Source: Nitrososphaerota archaeon
Lineage (GTDB): Archaea > Thermoproteota > Nitrososphaeria_A > Caldarchaeales > Calditenuaceae
Direction of reading: 5' to 3'
Assembly (NCBI GenBank): GCA_041641295.1
Contig: JBEPYO010000001.1
Span: 512,001-576,000, forward strand
DNA length: 64,000 bases
This document shows positions 40,356 to 50,187 of the stretch, one piece after another. The notes beneath the pieces are model-generated. The model saw only the letters and a list, made by a program, of their open reading frames with translations. It ran no database searches and was not told where the DNA came from. Each line of letters opens with the position of its first letter. Within the stretch, counting starts at the first letter, position 1. The position numbers and the translations under genes were made by a program.

Positions 40356-41618
40356 TTGCTGAGATTTATTTTGACGCTTGAGGTCTGGTTGGCGGTCTTG
40401 GAGGCGAGGCTCCGGTCTGCCCGGCTCATACTCATACCGGGTGTGGCGTTGGCGACGGTTAGCGGCGTTCTGGGGGCTGTTGTGGGCGCGGTTTGGCTTC
40501 TCTCGCTTTCGAGCGCCCTACCCTTCACACCCCTAGTCTTGTCCCACCCCAAACTCATGCTCTTCGGATTCGTCTACGTGTTCATCGCCTCCGTGGCTAT
40601 GGTCCTTGTCCAGCGCTTCAGGAATGAGGAGCACACGAGCTACCTCCGCCTCAGAGCCGCTTCACCGATAGCTATAGCTTTAGGCGTGTTGCTCTCAGCC
40701 TTTGCTGAGCCGGGCACTGTTGTCTGGCTCCTCAGCTACGCGGCCTCAGTGGCCGGCGCTTCCTCTGCGGCATTTTACTCTGTGAGGGTGCTGGGTAGGC
40801 CGTCGGGCCCCCTGGCTGCAGCCGACCCACTAATATCGTCCTCGATGATTCTTATGCCTCTCTCCCTAGCCCTAACCATGTTCGCGGAGCTCGATGGTGG
40901 CCACGTCTTCGGCAGGCCCGGTCTGCCGTTGCTACTCCTCCTTGGGACGCCTGCTGGGATGGTGATGGGTGTTGGGATAAAGACGGTCCACTTCCGGGTG
41001 GATATTAGGTTGAGGAGGAGGGCTTGGTGGCTTCTCACGCCCCTTCATGTCGCATCTTCCGCCGCGGCTTCTGCCGCTGTGCCGCTCCGAAGTGAGGCTC
41101 TGGAGCTGGCCGCATCCCTGGGATACCTACTGGCATCCGTTGTCTGGGTGGTTTCTGTCGACGCCCTCAGACGGGTCAAGTCGGGTGAGCAGTATGCTAG
41201 GATGAGGGAGAGGGACAGGGTCAGGTACCTCTACTTCTCGGCGCTCTATAGGGCTGCCTCAATCTGGCTCCTAGCAGGGTGTGTCTTGGCGGCGGTGGGC
41301 TCGGCCAGCCTGCTGCTGGCCCATCCATTCTGGTATGTCCTCAGAGACGCATACATACACTCCTTAGCCGTCGGGTTTGTAGGCAACATGATCCTCGCAT
41401 ACGCGCCAATCCTGATGCCCGGCCTCATGTCGGCGAGAATGCCCTACACTGGTCTCACACTCTATCCTGCAGCCCTTCTCAACTCTGGCAACGTGCTGAG
41501 GATTGCATGGTTTCTAGCAGGGTCGCCGGGCGTGCCACTAGCAACGATAGCGGCCTCGGCCCTCTACCTGAGCAGCATAGTAATGACGCTCCATATGATG
41601 CATAGCCTGGGCGAATAG
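40356..41618 (+). CDS. NnrS-like polytopic membrane protein
   Basis: About 12 TM helices with HPKLMLFGF and DAYIHSLAVGF, His motifs typical of NnrS-like proteins. Confidence 0.6.
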   Translation: MLRFILTLEVWLAVLEARLRSARLILIPGVALATVSGVLGAVVGAVWLLSLSSALPFTPLVLSHPKLMLFGFVYVFIASVAMVLVQRFRNEEHTSYLRLRAASPIAIALGVLLSAFAEPGTVVWLLSYAASVAGASSAAFYSVRVLGRPSGPLAAADPLISSSMILMPLSLALTMFAELDGGHVFGRPGLPLLLLLGTPAGMVMGVGIKTVHFRVDIRLRRRAWWLLTPLHVASSAAASAAVPLRSEALELAASLGYLLASVVWVVSVDALRRVKSGEQYARMRERDRVRYLYFSALYRAASIWLLAGCVLAAVGSASLLLAHPFWYVLRDAYIHSLAVGFVGNMILAYAPILMPGLMSARMPYTGLTLYPAALLNSGNVLRIAWFLAGSPGVPLATIAASALYLSSIVMTLHMMHSLGE

Positions 41619-41625
41619 TGGGGGT

Positions 41626-43122
41626 TTAGACCGTATCACTTATGTAGTGATGTGGCTTACTCAGGGACTTGAAGAGCTGGGCTAGGAATATGGCCTGAGC
41701 CGCTGCGAGGAGTACCCCGAAGCCTACAAGGCCCAATACACCAGTATCGCTGGGTATTGGGAGTGGGTATGCTCTTCTGGGTGTTCCCGCACCTCCCATG
41801 AAGGCCATGAAGTAGAATAGGCCTAGCGCCGCCACAGCCGTCAATATTATGTGGATGTATGCCAGCTTCTTGTTCACTTCTGTTCCAAAGAGGAGCCTGT
41901 AGCTGTGGTAGAGGGCGCCTATCCAGATCAGGGATACTGCGAGGAGTATTGTCATTAAGTGGGCGGTTACCGCATAGGTTCCGTGGAGCCTGTAGGCCCA
42001 GCCAATTGTCCCCAGCTGCATCGCGAGGAAGCCATCGACTATGTAGACGGCAAAACCGAGCATGGCCGCTAGGGAGGCCGGAGTGAGCCTCAGACCAAAG
42101 GCATACGCAGTTGCAAGGACGTTAAAGACGGAAAAGGCCGCCCCAAAGCCTGTCAACCAGCTGGCTATCTGGCCCGTGTAGCTAAGCCCTGCCGGCTGTG
42201 ACGTGGGCATGGTGAAGAGGTGGTGTGGAAAAGCTATTACCGCCGCGGTTGAGTAGAAAACTATTGCGAAGATTCCCAGCTTCTCACTGTAGAGCCTCGG
42301 CTCCACAACTTCAGAGCTTCTCAATACCGCGGTATACCGCGGGATTAGCCAATAGACAGTCCCTATCGCCATTATACCCATCGCCTCCATCAAGTTGTGA
42401 GCCCAGATCCAGAAGGGATAGTTGAAGTTTAGGGGGTGTAAGACCCAGCCCGCCGAGCTTAGGGGGATTGCGCCGAGGAGCGCGAGTCCTATTGTTACTG
42501 CTCCAATGGCGATTGCGGTGCCGAGTGGGGGGATGATGAATATGTAGGGGAGCATACCCGCCATACCCGCGGGATTGAGGGTTCCCACGAACCGCTCTAG
42601 CACGAAGGCTTCCTGGGTCTTTCCACCGAACATTAGTCTCGCGAGCGACGCAGGATATAATGTAATGATAACGGCAAGGACTAGGATTATGCCCCAAACA
42701 AATATAGTGAGGCCCTCGAGGGACCAGAGCCCCTTCAATGCACCTGAAGCGGGAAGAGGGAACATTAACGTATAGCTTGTCCTTACTCCGAAGACGAATA
42801 TTGCTGCGAGTATTAGAAGAAGCCCAACGTTAAGGGTGAAGTATGAAGCTTTCACGAGAGGCCCCTTTACAGATTTACCGTAGCAGAATCCTACCCTCAG
42901 TAGGGATAGGCCCATCATGAGCTGGAAAAGTCCTCCGAAAGGCATCACAACTCCGTGGAATGTGAGGAGCATGTTGTAGTCCGCTATTCTTAGAGCGCCT
43001 GTTAGATGAGCGAGCACCATTGCAAGTCCTGCGGCTCCACCAGCGAAGAACCAGGCAATCGAGGAGAGAATCATCAGTCTCGGATAATATGTCAGGTCCT
43101 CAAGCCTGATTTGCGAGGCCAT
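41626..43122 (-). CDS. Heme-copper superfamily subunit I, nitric oxide reductase type (nNOR-like)
   Basis: FHG in helix II; WIWAHNLME (no cross-linking Tyr, Glu at +4); PHHLF; TAHLM (His/Met); GTPRR. Confidence 0.85.
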   Translation of the reverse strand: MASQIRLEDLTYYPRLMILSSIAWFFAGGAAGLAMVLAHLTGALRIADYNMLLTFHGVVMPFGGLFQLMMGLSLLRVGFCYGKSVKGPLVKASYFTLNVGLLLILAAIFVFGVRTSYTLMFPLPASGALKGLWSLEGLTIFVWGIILVLAVIITLYPASLARLMFGGKTQEAFVLERFVGTLNPAGMAGMLPYIFIIPPLGTAIAIGAVTIGLALLGAIPLSSAGWVLHPLNFNYPFWIWAHNLMEAMGIMAIGTVYWLIPRYTAVLRSSEVVEPRLYSEKLGIFAIVFYSTAAVIAFPHHLFTMPTSQPAGLSYTGQIASWLTGFGAAFSVFNVLATAYAFGLRLTPASLAAMLGFAVYIVDGFLAMQLGTIGWAYRLHGTYAVTAHLMTILLAVSLIWIGALYHSYRLLFGTEVNKKLAYIHIILTAVAALGLFYFMAFMGGAGTPRRAYPLPIPSDTGVLGLVGFGVLLAAAQAIFLAQLFKSLSKPHHYISDTV

Positions 43123-43123
43123 C

Positions 43124-43678
43124 TTAACCCACCACCTTGAACTTTGATAGCATCGCCGAGTGCCCGTCCCCGCAGAACTCCAAGCACCTGATGACATACT
43201 CGCCCGGCTCCACTAGATTTAGGACCAGTTCCTCCCTCATGCCAGGCAACAGCATCACAGTAGCTAGTATCTCCCCGCGCGGCGAGTAAATTGTTAGACT
43301 GTGGATGGTGTCATGTGCCCTCGCCACAAACTTCACAGTCCCGGCCTTGACCTCGTAGGTGTCGATCGTGTAACCCCACATGAAGGCTTCAACGTTTACG
43401 GCCTGCACGGGCTCTGAGGGTGTCTGACCCGGTGTGGCTGCTAGTGGCTGGAGCCATGGAATCCAAGGTATGCTGACCAAGTTAATCACTGCCCAAGCTA
43501 TGCCAACCCCCATCAGCCAAGCTACCTCCATCCCCCGAGCTGCCTTCTCGCCCAGAACCGCACCAGACAAGCTCCTACCCCTCCTGAAGGCGAGGAGCAG
43601 TAATAGTGTGAAGATGACTAGGAATGGCGCTGTTAGGTAGAGCAGGAGGAGTATTGCACCCCATCCCGTGCCCAGCAT
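43124..43678 (-). CDS. Heme-copper subunit II with CuA site
   Basis: Two TM helices, AFMWG, DTIH, CLEFCGDGHSAM (complete CuA ligand set). Confidence 0.92.
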   Translation of the reverse strand: MLGTGWGAILLLLYLTAPFLVIFTLLLLLAFRRGRSLSGAVLGEKAARGMEVAWLMGVGIAWAVINLVSIPWIPWLQPLAATPGQTPSEPVQAVNVEAFMWGYTIDTYEVKAGTVKFVARAHDTIHSLTIYSPRGEILATVMLLPGMREELVLNLVEPGEYVIRCLEFCGDGHSAMLSKFKVVG

Positions 43679-43819
43679 TACAGGACAGCCTGTTGAGGGG
43701 CCATTATATTAGTATTATCTTAGTTCTCGTCAATAGCCATCTTAGTCTGGACATATTAAAGGTTTGGACGAAATAGAGCAAGCCCCCATAAATGTGTAAA
43801 TGCTGCCTACGCCATATGG

Positions 43820-44482
43820 ATGGGTGGACGGGGCTTGAGGGTTCTTTTCCGCGACAGGGTCGATGCGGGTTTGAGGCTTGCGGAGGAGTTGAAGGACTAT
43901 CTGGGGCCAGGCTCAGTGGTCTATGGTATTGCGCGGGGCGGGGTCGTGGTTGCGGGTGTTGTGGCTCGAAAGATTGGCTGCGCCCTCGACGTCATAGTCG
44001 CGAAGAAGATTGGCGCCCCCTTAAACCCCGAGCTGGCAGCCGCAGCAGTCACCGAGTTTGGAGATGTGGAGGTGGAGAATGAGGTGGCGGCCTTCTATGG
44101 GATTTCGCGAGAGACGATAATGAAGAGGGCATCTGAGCATCTTCCCGAACTCCAGAGGCGGGCGGCGAGTTATAGAGGTGGCAGAGGGTTCATAGACCCG
44201 GCGGGGAAGGCTGTAGCCATCATAGACGACGGCCTCGCCACAGGCACAACAATGCTGGCGGCTGTCCAGTCAATAAAGAAGATGAACCCTTCAAAACTGA
44301 TAGCCTCGGCGCCAGTGGCCTCCACTACTGCCGCCTCTAGGCTCAGACCACTTGTGGACAAGATAGTATGCCCCTATGTGGAGGAGGAGTTCTACGCTGT
44401 AGGAGAGTTTTATGAAAATTTCTCACAAGTAACCGACGCTGAGGTTGTTAGATATTTGAGAGAAGGTGGGAGTCTCTATTAG
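43820..44482 (+). CDS. Phosphoribosyltransferase family protein
   Basis: FRDRVDAG, ARGGVVVA, KKIGAP, PRPP loop IIDDGLATG, FSQVTD. Confidence 0.92.
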   Translation: MGGRGLRVLFRDRVDAGLRLAEELKDYLGPGSVVYGIARGGVVVAGVVARKIGCALDVIVAKKIGAPLNPELAAAAVTEFGDVEVENEVAAFYGISRETIMKRASEHLPELQRRAASYRGGRGFIDPAGKAVAIIDDGLATGTTMLAAVQSIKKMNPSKLIASAPVASTTAASRLRPLVDKIVCPYVEEEFYAVGEFYENFSQVTDAEVVRYLREGGSLY

Positions 44483-45228
44483 GTGGTGTTTAGCGCTGCG
44501 TAACCCTTCTTCTCAAGCTCCTCGGCCAGCTCAAAGCCCCCAGACGCTATTATCCTCCCATCATACATAACATGCACAACATCGGGTTTTAGATAGTTTA
44601 GAATCCGCGCATAGTGGGTTATGACGAGGAATCCTGTCCCCTTCTCTCCGTTTATCTTCTTGATAGAGTTGGCCACAATCTTCACACTGTCTATGTCGAG
44701 TCCTGAGTCTGTTTCGTCTAGTATCGCGATGCGTGGGTTGAGCGTGGCGAGCTGGACGATCTCGCTCCTCTTCTTCTCTCCACCCGAGAAGCCCTCGTTC
44801 AAGTATCTCTTGGCGAAGGACTCATCCATCTGTAGTAGCTTGAAATTCTCGACGAGCAGCTTGTGGAACTCCGAGACCGAGAGCTTCTTTGTGCTCTCGC
44901 CATGGATTGAGAGGTAGGCGCGCCGGAGGAAGTTAGCCATAGTGACGCCGCTTATCTCCACCGGATACTGGAATGCTAGGAACAATCCGCGCTTCGCCCT
45001 AGCGTCGGGTGAGAGGCCGAGTATGCTCTCTCCGTCAAGGAGTATGTCGCCCTTCTCGACGGTGTATTTCGGGTGACCCATAATGACCTGCGCGGTCGTG
45101 CTTTTCCCGCTTCCATTCGGACCCATGAGAGCAGCTATCTCTCCCTCCTTTACTACTAGGTTCACACCTTTCAGTATCGTCTTCCCCTCGATGCCAGCCC
45201 AGAGATCCCTCAGCTCCAATATAGCCAT
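44479..45228 (-). CDS. sufC: Fe-S cluster assembly ATPase SufC
   Basis: GPNGSGKST, LAFQYPVEI, NEGFSGGEKKR, LDETDSGLDID, ITHY. Confidence 0.95.
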   Translation of the reverse strand: MAILELRDLWAGIEGKTILKGVNLVVKEGEIAALMGPNGSGKSTTAQVIMGHPKYTVEKGDILLDGESILGLSPDARAKRGLFLAFQYPVEISGVTMANFLRRAYLSIHGESTKKLSVSEFHKLLVENFKLLQMDESFAKRYLNEGFSGGEKKRSEIVQLATLNPRIAILDETDSGLDIDSVKIVANSIKKINGEKGTGFLVITHYARILNYLKPDVVHVMYDGRIIASGGFELAEELEKKGYAALNTT

Positions 45229-45409
45229 CTCCGGTAGCTACGGTGGTTGAGGCACGATAAAAACCCCAATCAATAACACGCGCCGCGTCAGATTACTCGG
45301 ACGATAGGGTCTCATAGTTGCGGGGTTTAGGGGCTGGAGTCGTAGCAGACCCTCTGCCCATATCCGGGGAAGTGTGGATATATATCCACGCTCTTCGATT
45401 TTGTTGAGC

Positions 45410-47905
45410 ATGACCATCATCTACCCCTACTATAAGCCGGGCCGCGGATTCGCCTACCCTGAATACGTTTCCCGGTTTCCACCCGTCAACAATTTCCGGG
45501 TGGGTCATCTGAGGCTGGAGCTTTGGATAGACTTTGAGGGGGAGTCGCTTAGGGGTTTGGAGGAGGTTGAGGTTGAGCACAACGCTGGTGGTGGATGGAT
45601 TGTTTTTGATGCTTGTGAGATGTGGATTGACGGTGTCAAGGTTGATGGGAAAGCGGCAGAGTGGAGGTATGATGGGGAGAAGCTACGAGTCCGGCTGGAC
45701 TCTGGGAAGGGCAGGGTGGAGATTGCATATAGAGCTAAGCCGAGGAAGGGCTTCCACTTCATAAAGCCTGACAAGGCCAATCCGGGGAGAGCCCCCCAGG
45801 CCTGGAGTCAGGGCGAGACCGAGTATAACAGGTATTGGCTGCCACTGGTCGATCACCCCTCACATAAACACACCTCTGAAATCATAGTCTATGTCCCACC
45901 AGGCTTCATAGCAGTCTCTAATGGAGACTTGGTATCTAGGGGCTCGAGGGAGGGGTGGGACTACTGGCACTGGAGGATGGATAAGCCCCACTCGCCATAC
46001 CTCATCAGCGTTGTCGCCGGTGTTTTCGAGGAGTATGGCGAAGAGTTTAACGGTGTGAAGTTGAGCTACTATGTCCCACCCGGCTATGGAAAATACTACC
46101 GCCTCAGCTTCGAGAAGACGCCGAAAATACTCGAGTTCTTCTCCAAGTACCTAGACTATCCATACCCCTATAGCAAGTATGCGCAGGTCGCCGTCTACGA
46201 GTTTATTTTCGGAGGGATGGAAAACACAACAGCAACTACCCTGACCGAACTCACACTGCATGATGAGAAGGCTCACGTCGACTTCTCCAGCGACCCACTC
46301 GTAGCTCATGAGGCGGCCCACCAGTGGTTCGGAGACCTCGTCACGTGTAGAGACTGGCCCCACATCTGGCTCAACGAGAGCTTCGCCACATTCCTAGAGA
46401 ACCTGTTTGTGAGGTATGATAAGGGTGAGGACGAGTTCGTCTACGAGAATATTAGGGACATGGACGCATACCTAAGCGAGTATAGAGAATACTATGCGAG
46501 GCCTATAGTGACGCGCGTCTACAGGTATGCTGCCGAGCTCTTCGACGCACATGCGTATCCGAAGGGTGGGGTCATACTCAATATGCTCCGAGCACTCCTA
46601 GGCGAGGATACTTTCAGAAAGGGGTTGAACCTATTTCTAAAGAGGTATGCTTACTCTGTCGCTGACACGGAGGACTTCAGGAAGGTCATGGAGGAGGTCT
46701 CGGGAAGGAGTCTGGAACAGTTTTTCGAGCAGTTCTTCTACAATGCGGGACACCCGGCGATCAGGGTGGAGGAGGAGTGGAGGGATGGGACTAGGCAGCT
46801 GGTGCTGAGGTTTAAGCAGACCCAGGGCGACGACTCCCTCCCAGTCTACCACCTAGACATACCTGTGAGGGTCAAGACAAAGACCACCGAGAAGTTATTC
46901 ACCGTGGAGCTTAGGGAGAGGGAGGTTACACACGTAATAAGTCTGGACGAGCAGCCGGAGCTTGTCTGCATAGACCCACGCTTTGAGGTCTTTAAGACTC
47001 TAGAATTAGCGCGGGGGGTTGAGCAGCACATCAAGGTCCTAGAGTCGGATGAGCATGTCTATTGTAGGGTTTTGGCGGCGCGGGCGCTTGGCAGGCTTGG
47101 CGGGGCTAAGGCGGTCGAGGCGTTGAAGAAGAGCGTTATTGGGGATAGGTTCTGGGGTGTCTCGGCCGAGGCGGCTAAAGCCTTGGGAGAACTCAGGACA
47201 GAAGAGGCCAAGAATGCGCTGCTGGAGGCACTATCCACTGTCACCAACGCGAAGGTGAGGAGGCCCATCTGTGAGGCGCTGGGAAACTTCAGGGGGCGAG
47301 ACGTGGTGGATGCCCTCTCAAAGGTCCTCTCAAACGATGAGGAGAGCTACTACGTCAGACAGGCCGCAGCCATGAGCCTTGGGAAAACCAAGGAGGAGGG
47401 CGTCTACGATATCCTCCTCAGATACATCGACACACCATCCCACGCTTCTGCGATAACCGTGGGGGTTTTGAGGGGGCTTGCGGAGCTGGGCGGCGAGGAG
47501 GCTTTGAAGATACTGTTGAGGTATGCGGAGGCTGATAAGCAGTCGCCCGTGAGGGCTGCGGCAGTTGCGTCGCTCGGCAAGTTCCCGGGGCGGAGAGAGG
47601 TGGTGGAGGCTCTCCGGCACTATGCGCGGGACCCGAACTACAGGGTTAGGCGGGCTGTGGTGGCGGCCTGCAGAGAGTTGCTCAGCGCAGAGGCGATAGG
47701 GATTCTTGAGGATATTGCGCAGAACGATGTCTATGAGATGAACCGTAGAGCTGCCCGCGACGCTGCGGAGAGGGTTAGGAAGAGCTTGGAGAGGGGTGTC
47801 GAGTATAAGGAGCTGAGGGAGGAGCTTGAGAGGATAAAGGAGGAGAACAGAAGACTCGTGGAGAGAGTCTCGATCCTTGCTGGGGCGATAGAGTCTAAGG
47901 CTTAA
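45410..47905 (+). CDS. pepN: M1-family aminopeptidase with C-terminal HEAT repeats and coiled coil
   Basis: GGMEN, HEAAHQWFG...WLNESFA, YPKG, HEAT repeats. Confidence 0.93.
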   Translation: MTIIYPYYKPGRGFAYPEYVSRFPPVNNFRVGHLRLELWIDFEGESLRGLEEVEVEHNAGGGWIVFDACEMWIDGVKVDGKAAEWRYDGEKLRVRLDSGKGRVEIAYRAKPRKGFHFIKPDKANPGRAPQAWSQGETEYNRYWLPLVDHPSHKHTSEIIVYVPPGFIAVSNGDLVSRGSREGWDYWHWRMDKPHSPYLISVVAGVFEEYGEEFNGVKLSYYVPPGYGKYYRLSFEKTPKILEFFSKYLDYPYPYSKYAQVAVYEFIFGGMENTTATTLTELTLHDEKAHVDFSSDPLVAHEAAHQWFGDLVTCRDWPHIWLNESFATFLENLFVRYDKGEDEFVYENIRDMDAYLSEYREYYARPIVTRVYRYAAELFDAHAYPKGGVILNMLRALLGEDTFRKGLNLFLKRYAYSVADTEDFRKVMEEVSGRSLEQFFEQFFYNAGHPAIRVEEEWRDGTRQLVLRFKQTQGDDSLPVYHLDIPVRVKTKTTEKLFTVELREREVTHVISLDEQPELVCIDPRFEVFKTLELARGVEQHIKVLESDEHVYCRVLAARALGRLGGAKAVEALKKSVIGDRFWGVSAEAAKALGELRTEEAKNALLEALSTVTNAKVRRPICEALGNFRGRDVVDALSKVLSNDEESYYVRQAAAMSLGKTKEEGVYDILLRYIDTPSHASAITVGVLRGLAELGGEEALKILLRYAEADKQSPVRAAAVASLGKFPGRREVVEALRHYARDPNYRVRRAVVAACRELLSAEAIGILEDIAQNDVYEMNRRAARDAAERVRKSLERGVEYKELREELERIKEENRRLVERVSILAGAIESKA

Positions 47906-48191
47906 GAGGTATCCGTCTTACAGCTCCGCACGAGCCACAGGTCACGGTGACTGTTAAGCCCGCCCGCCCTCTCCTCACCCTGACCCTTGACACGTCAAAC
48001 CTGTACGGTGTCATACACTTCCTACAAATCAGTAGGCTGAGCCTCCTCGGTATCCTTACCCTGAAGCTCCTAGAGAGCTCCACGGCGTGGGCCATAGCCT
48101 CTCTCCTAAGCGTTTCATCGGTTGTGGAGAGGGCTATCTCTAAGAGCCTAAGCACTTCGCCCACCGCAACCCCGCGAACATCCCGCCTCAA
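47895..48191 (-). CDS. rnp4: RNase P protein Rpp21 (component 4)
   Basis: RVRIPR...ICRKC...RVRV...TCGSCG..RRIP. Start uncertain (TTG 48191). Confidence 0.85.
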   Translation of the reverse strand: MRRDVRGVAVGEVLRLLEIALSTTDETLRREAMAHAVELSRSFRVRIPRRLSLLICRKCMTPYRFDVSRVRVRRGRAGLTVTVTCGSCGAVRRIPLKP

Positions 48192-48302
48192 CGATACTAC
48201 ATTATCGAGGAACAGCTCGGAATTTTTTGATATTGCTCCTGCTTTGGGGTGGACACCGTGTGTATAGGGTTTATATGCTGAGAGAGATGACATGGGACAG
48301 CG

Positions 48303-48914
48303 ATGCCATCAAAGATCACATTGGGGCTTATACTCTCTGCCGCCGGTATGATAATCTCGTTGGCAGCGCCCCTCATACATATAGCCCTAGTCTCCAGCGG
48401 CGTGGAGAGTTTTTTAGCACTTGAAACTGTGCCAGGACTTCCACTCCACCTACTCCTCTCGGTAGTTGGGGTTCCAATTGCCCTGTCAGGTCTCTTCCTC
48501 TTCAGGAGGGGGGTTAGGGAGGAGCTCTCAGCCGAGAGGATGATCTCGCTGGACAGGGAGTCTGTTATCCAGAGCCTTGAGGAGAGAGGTGTGATAAGGG
48601 AGAGGAATGTGAATACGCTAGAGGAGCTCCCACGCACCTCCGAGGCAGAGTCTCTGAGGAGGGGGATAAAAGTGAAGAGTGCGGGGCTCTCCCTCATATG
48701 CCCGAAATGCGGTTTTGAGACACCCCTGGGTGAGAGTAAATGCAGGAATTGTGGGGAGAAGTTCACCCAGAGCAGCGACCCAGTTAGGGCTTGCCCAATA
48801 TGTGGCGGAGACCTAGCGAGTGCTCGAAAAATGGGGGGAGACGTCTACGTGTGCGGGATCTGCTTCAGTGAGCTCGAGATTGACGAGCAGACGGCCCGGA
48901 GGATATTCGTTTAG
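48303..48914 (+). CDS. Membrane-anchored multi-zinc-ribbon protein
   Basis: Two TM helices, then CPKC/CRNC and CPIC/CGIC. Confidence 0.75.
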   Translation: MPSKITLGLILSAAGMIISLAAPLIHIALVSSGVESFLALETVPGLPLHLLLSVVGVPIALSGLFLFRRGVREELSAERMISLDRESVIQSLEERGVIRERNVNTLEELPRTSEAESLRRGIKVKSAGLSLICPKCGFETPLGESKCRNCGEKFTQSSDPVRACPICGGDLASARKMGGDVYVCGICFSELEIDEQTARRIFV

Positions 48915-48923
48915 GCGGTTACC

Positions 48924-49223
48924 ATGAATAGTGAGCCGCACCCCGAGGATATTGAGATAGACTCTGCTGAGACAAGGGGGAGGGTCAGTACTTTCACAGG
49001 CAGCTTCCTCCTCGGAGACAACAGATACAGGTTCAACGGCATAGCCGTCATGACAATCGGCGGCCCGACAGTGGGTGTCTCATTATCGAGCGAGACGGAG
49101 GCTGAGCTTCTCTCCAAGGGTTTTTCGAGGGAGCAGATTGAAAGCATTCTGGCAGAGGTTCAGCGACGCATCGTAGAAGGTAGTTTCAGGGTCAGTGGAG
49201 ATATCCGATTCCTCGAGGAATAG
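48924..49223 (+). CDS. Hypothetical protein
   Basis: Compact acidic ORF between co-directional genes; no motif recognised. Confidence 0.6.
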   Translation: MNSEPHPEDIEIDSAETRGRVSTFTGSFLLGDNRYRFNGIAVMTIGGPTVGVSLSSETEAELLSKGFSREQIESILAEVQRRIVEGSFRVSGDIRFLEE

Positions 49224-49270
49224 GCTGTGGAATATGGGGGACGGATGTTAAAGCTATATCCGAGGAGTAG

Positions 49271-49708
49271 ATGCGCAGTCCCGTGAGCACCCTAGAGAAC
49301 GAGGCAGTGCAGACACTTACCGCCGTCCTCGAAGCCATCAAAAATAAGGACCACACCAGGCTACTGGACCTCCACTCAAGCAAAGGTTACACACTCTACA
49401 ACGACGCCCCTCCATACCAGCTATTAGAGGATGAGATGGCCCTCAGACTGAAGCTCAGCCTACTGAACCAAGTCCAGGACATCTCATACCAGCTGCGGGA
49501 CCTACACCTCAACATCTACGGCGATGTGGCTTACGCCGCGTATGAGCTCGAGATGAGCGGCATACTTGTCTACCAGTACAGGTTTGAGGGGCAGAGGTGG
49601 GTGAGAAGGGCGCGGTGCACGACGATAATGGTGCGCGAGGAGGGTTCGTGGAAAATTGTACACGAGCATTTCTCACCCATAGGGCCTAGCTCGTCAGCCA
49701 CTTTATGA
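49271..49708 (+). CDS. NTF2/SnoaL-like fold protein
   Basis: YGDVAY...RCTTIM..EEGSWKIVHEHFS. Confidence 0.85.
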   Translation: MRSPVSTLENEAVQTLTAVLEAIKNKDHTRLLDLHSSKGYTLYNDAPPYQLLEDEMALRLKLSLLNQVQDISYQLRDLHLNIYGDVAYAAYELEMSGILVYQYRFEGQRWVRRARCTTIMVREEGSWKIVHEHFSPIGPSSSATL

Positions 49709-50075
49709 GACCCTCCACATCGTCAGTCTCAATCTCCAAGCTGATGTCGCCTAGGCCGGGCCTCTCATCCTCGTCGAGAATAGACGCCACTCCGACGTAG
49801 GCGGCGTGTTTGCTTAGCCGGGCCCTAACCACTCCCCCGCTCGATCCTGAGCGTAGGAGCCTCCCGGCGGCGGCCCTCACCCTCCTCATCCTCCAATTCT
49901 CCTTGAGATACTTCAGTGCTGAGAGCTCCGTCGACTCGGCCTCTACGAAGGTCCTCCCACCCTCCTCCGAGACCCTGAACTCGAGGGTTGGGAAAATCTT
50001 CCGAACAGCCCTCAATACACGCTCCACATCCTCCGTCGGAAAAACCTCCGCCCTAACGCTCACCCTCACATACAT
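49686..50075 (-). CDS. DUF54/UPF0201 RNA-binding-like protein
   Basis: AEVFPTEDVERVLRAVRKIFP...LSKHAAYVG...LGDI...IKWL. ATG at 50075. Confidence 0.88.
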   Translation of the reverse strand: MYVRVSVRAEVFPTEDVERVLRAVRKIFPTLEFRVSEEGGRTFVEAESTELSALKYLKENWRMRRVRAAAGRLLRSGSSGGVVRARLSKHAAYVGVASILDEDERPGLGDISLEIETDDVEGLIKWLTS

Positions 50076-50187
50076 ATTCCCGCCAATCCAGAAGGGCATC
50101 CTACGAATTAAATCCTGAGGGGCTCCCTCGTCCTTGCCGGGAGCGCTCTCAGTTATTAACAGGCAGCCTGTGTATATCCTTTGACGG

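Noticed and set aside
41626-43678. Calling the locus a ba3/aa3 cytochrome c oxidase
   Set aside because: The active-site Tyr is absent (HNLME) and the second helix-X His is a Met.
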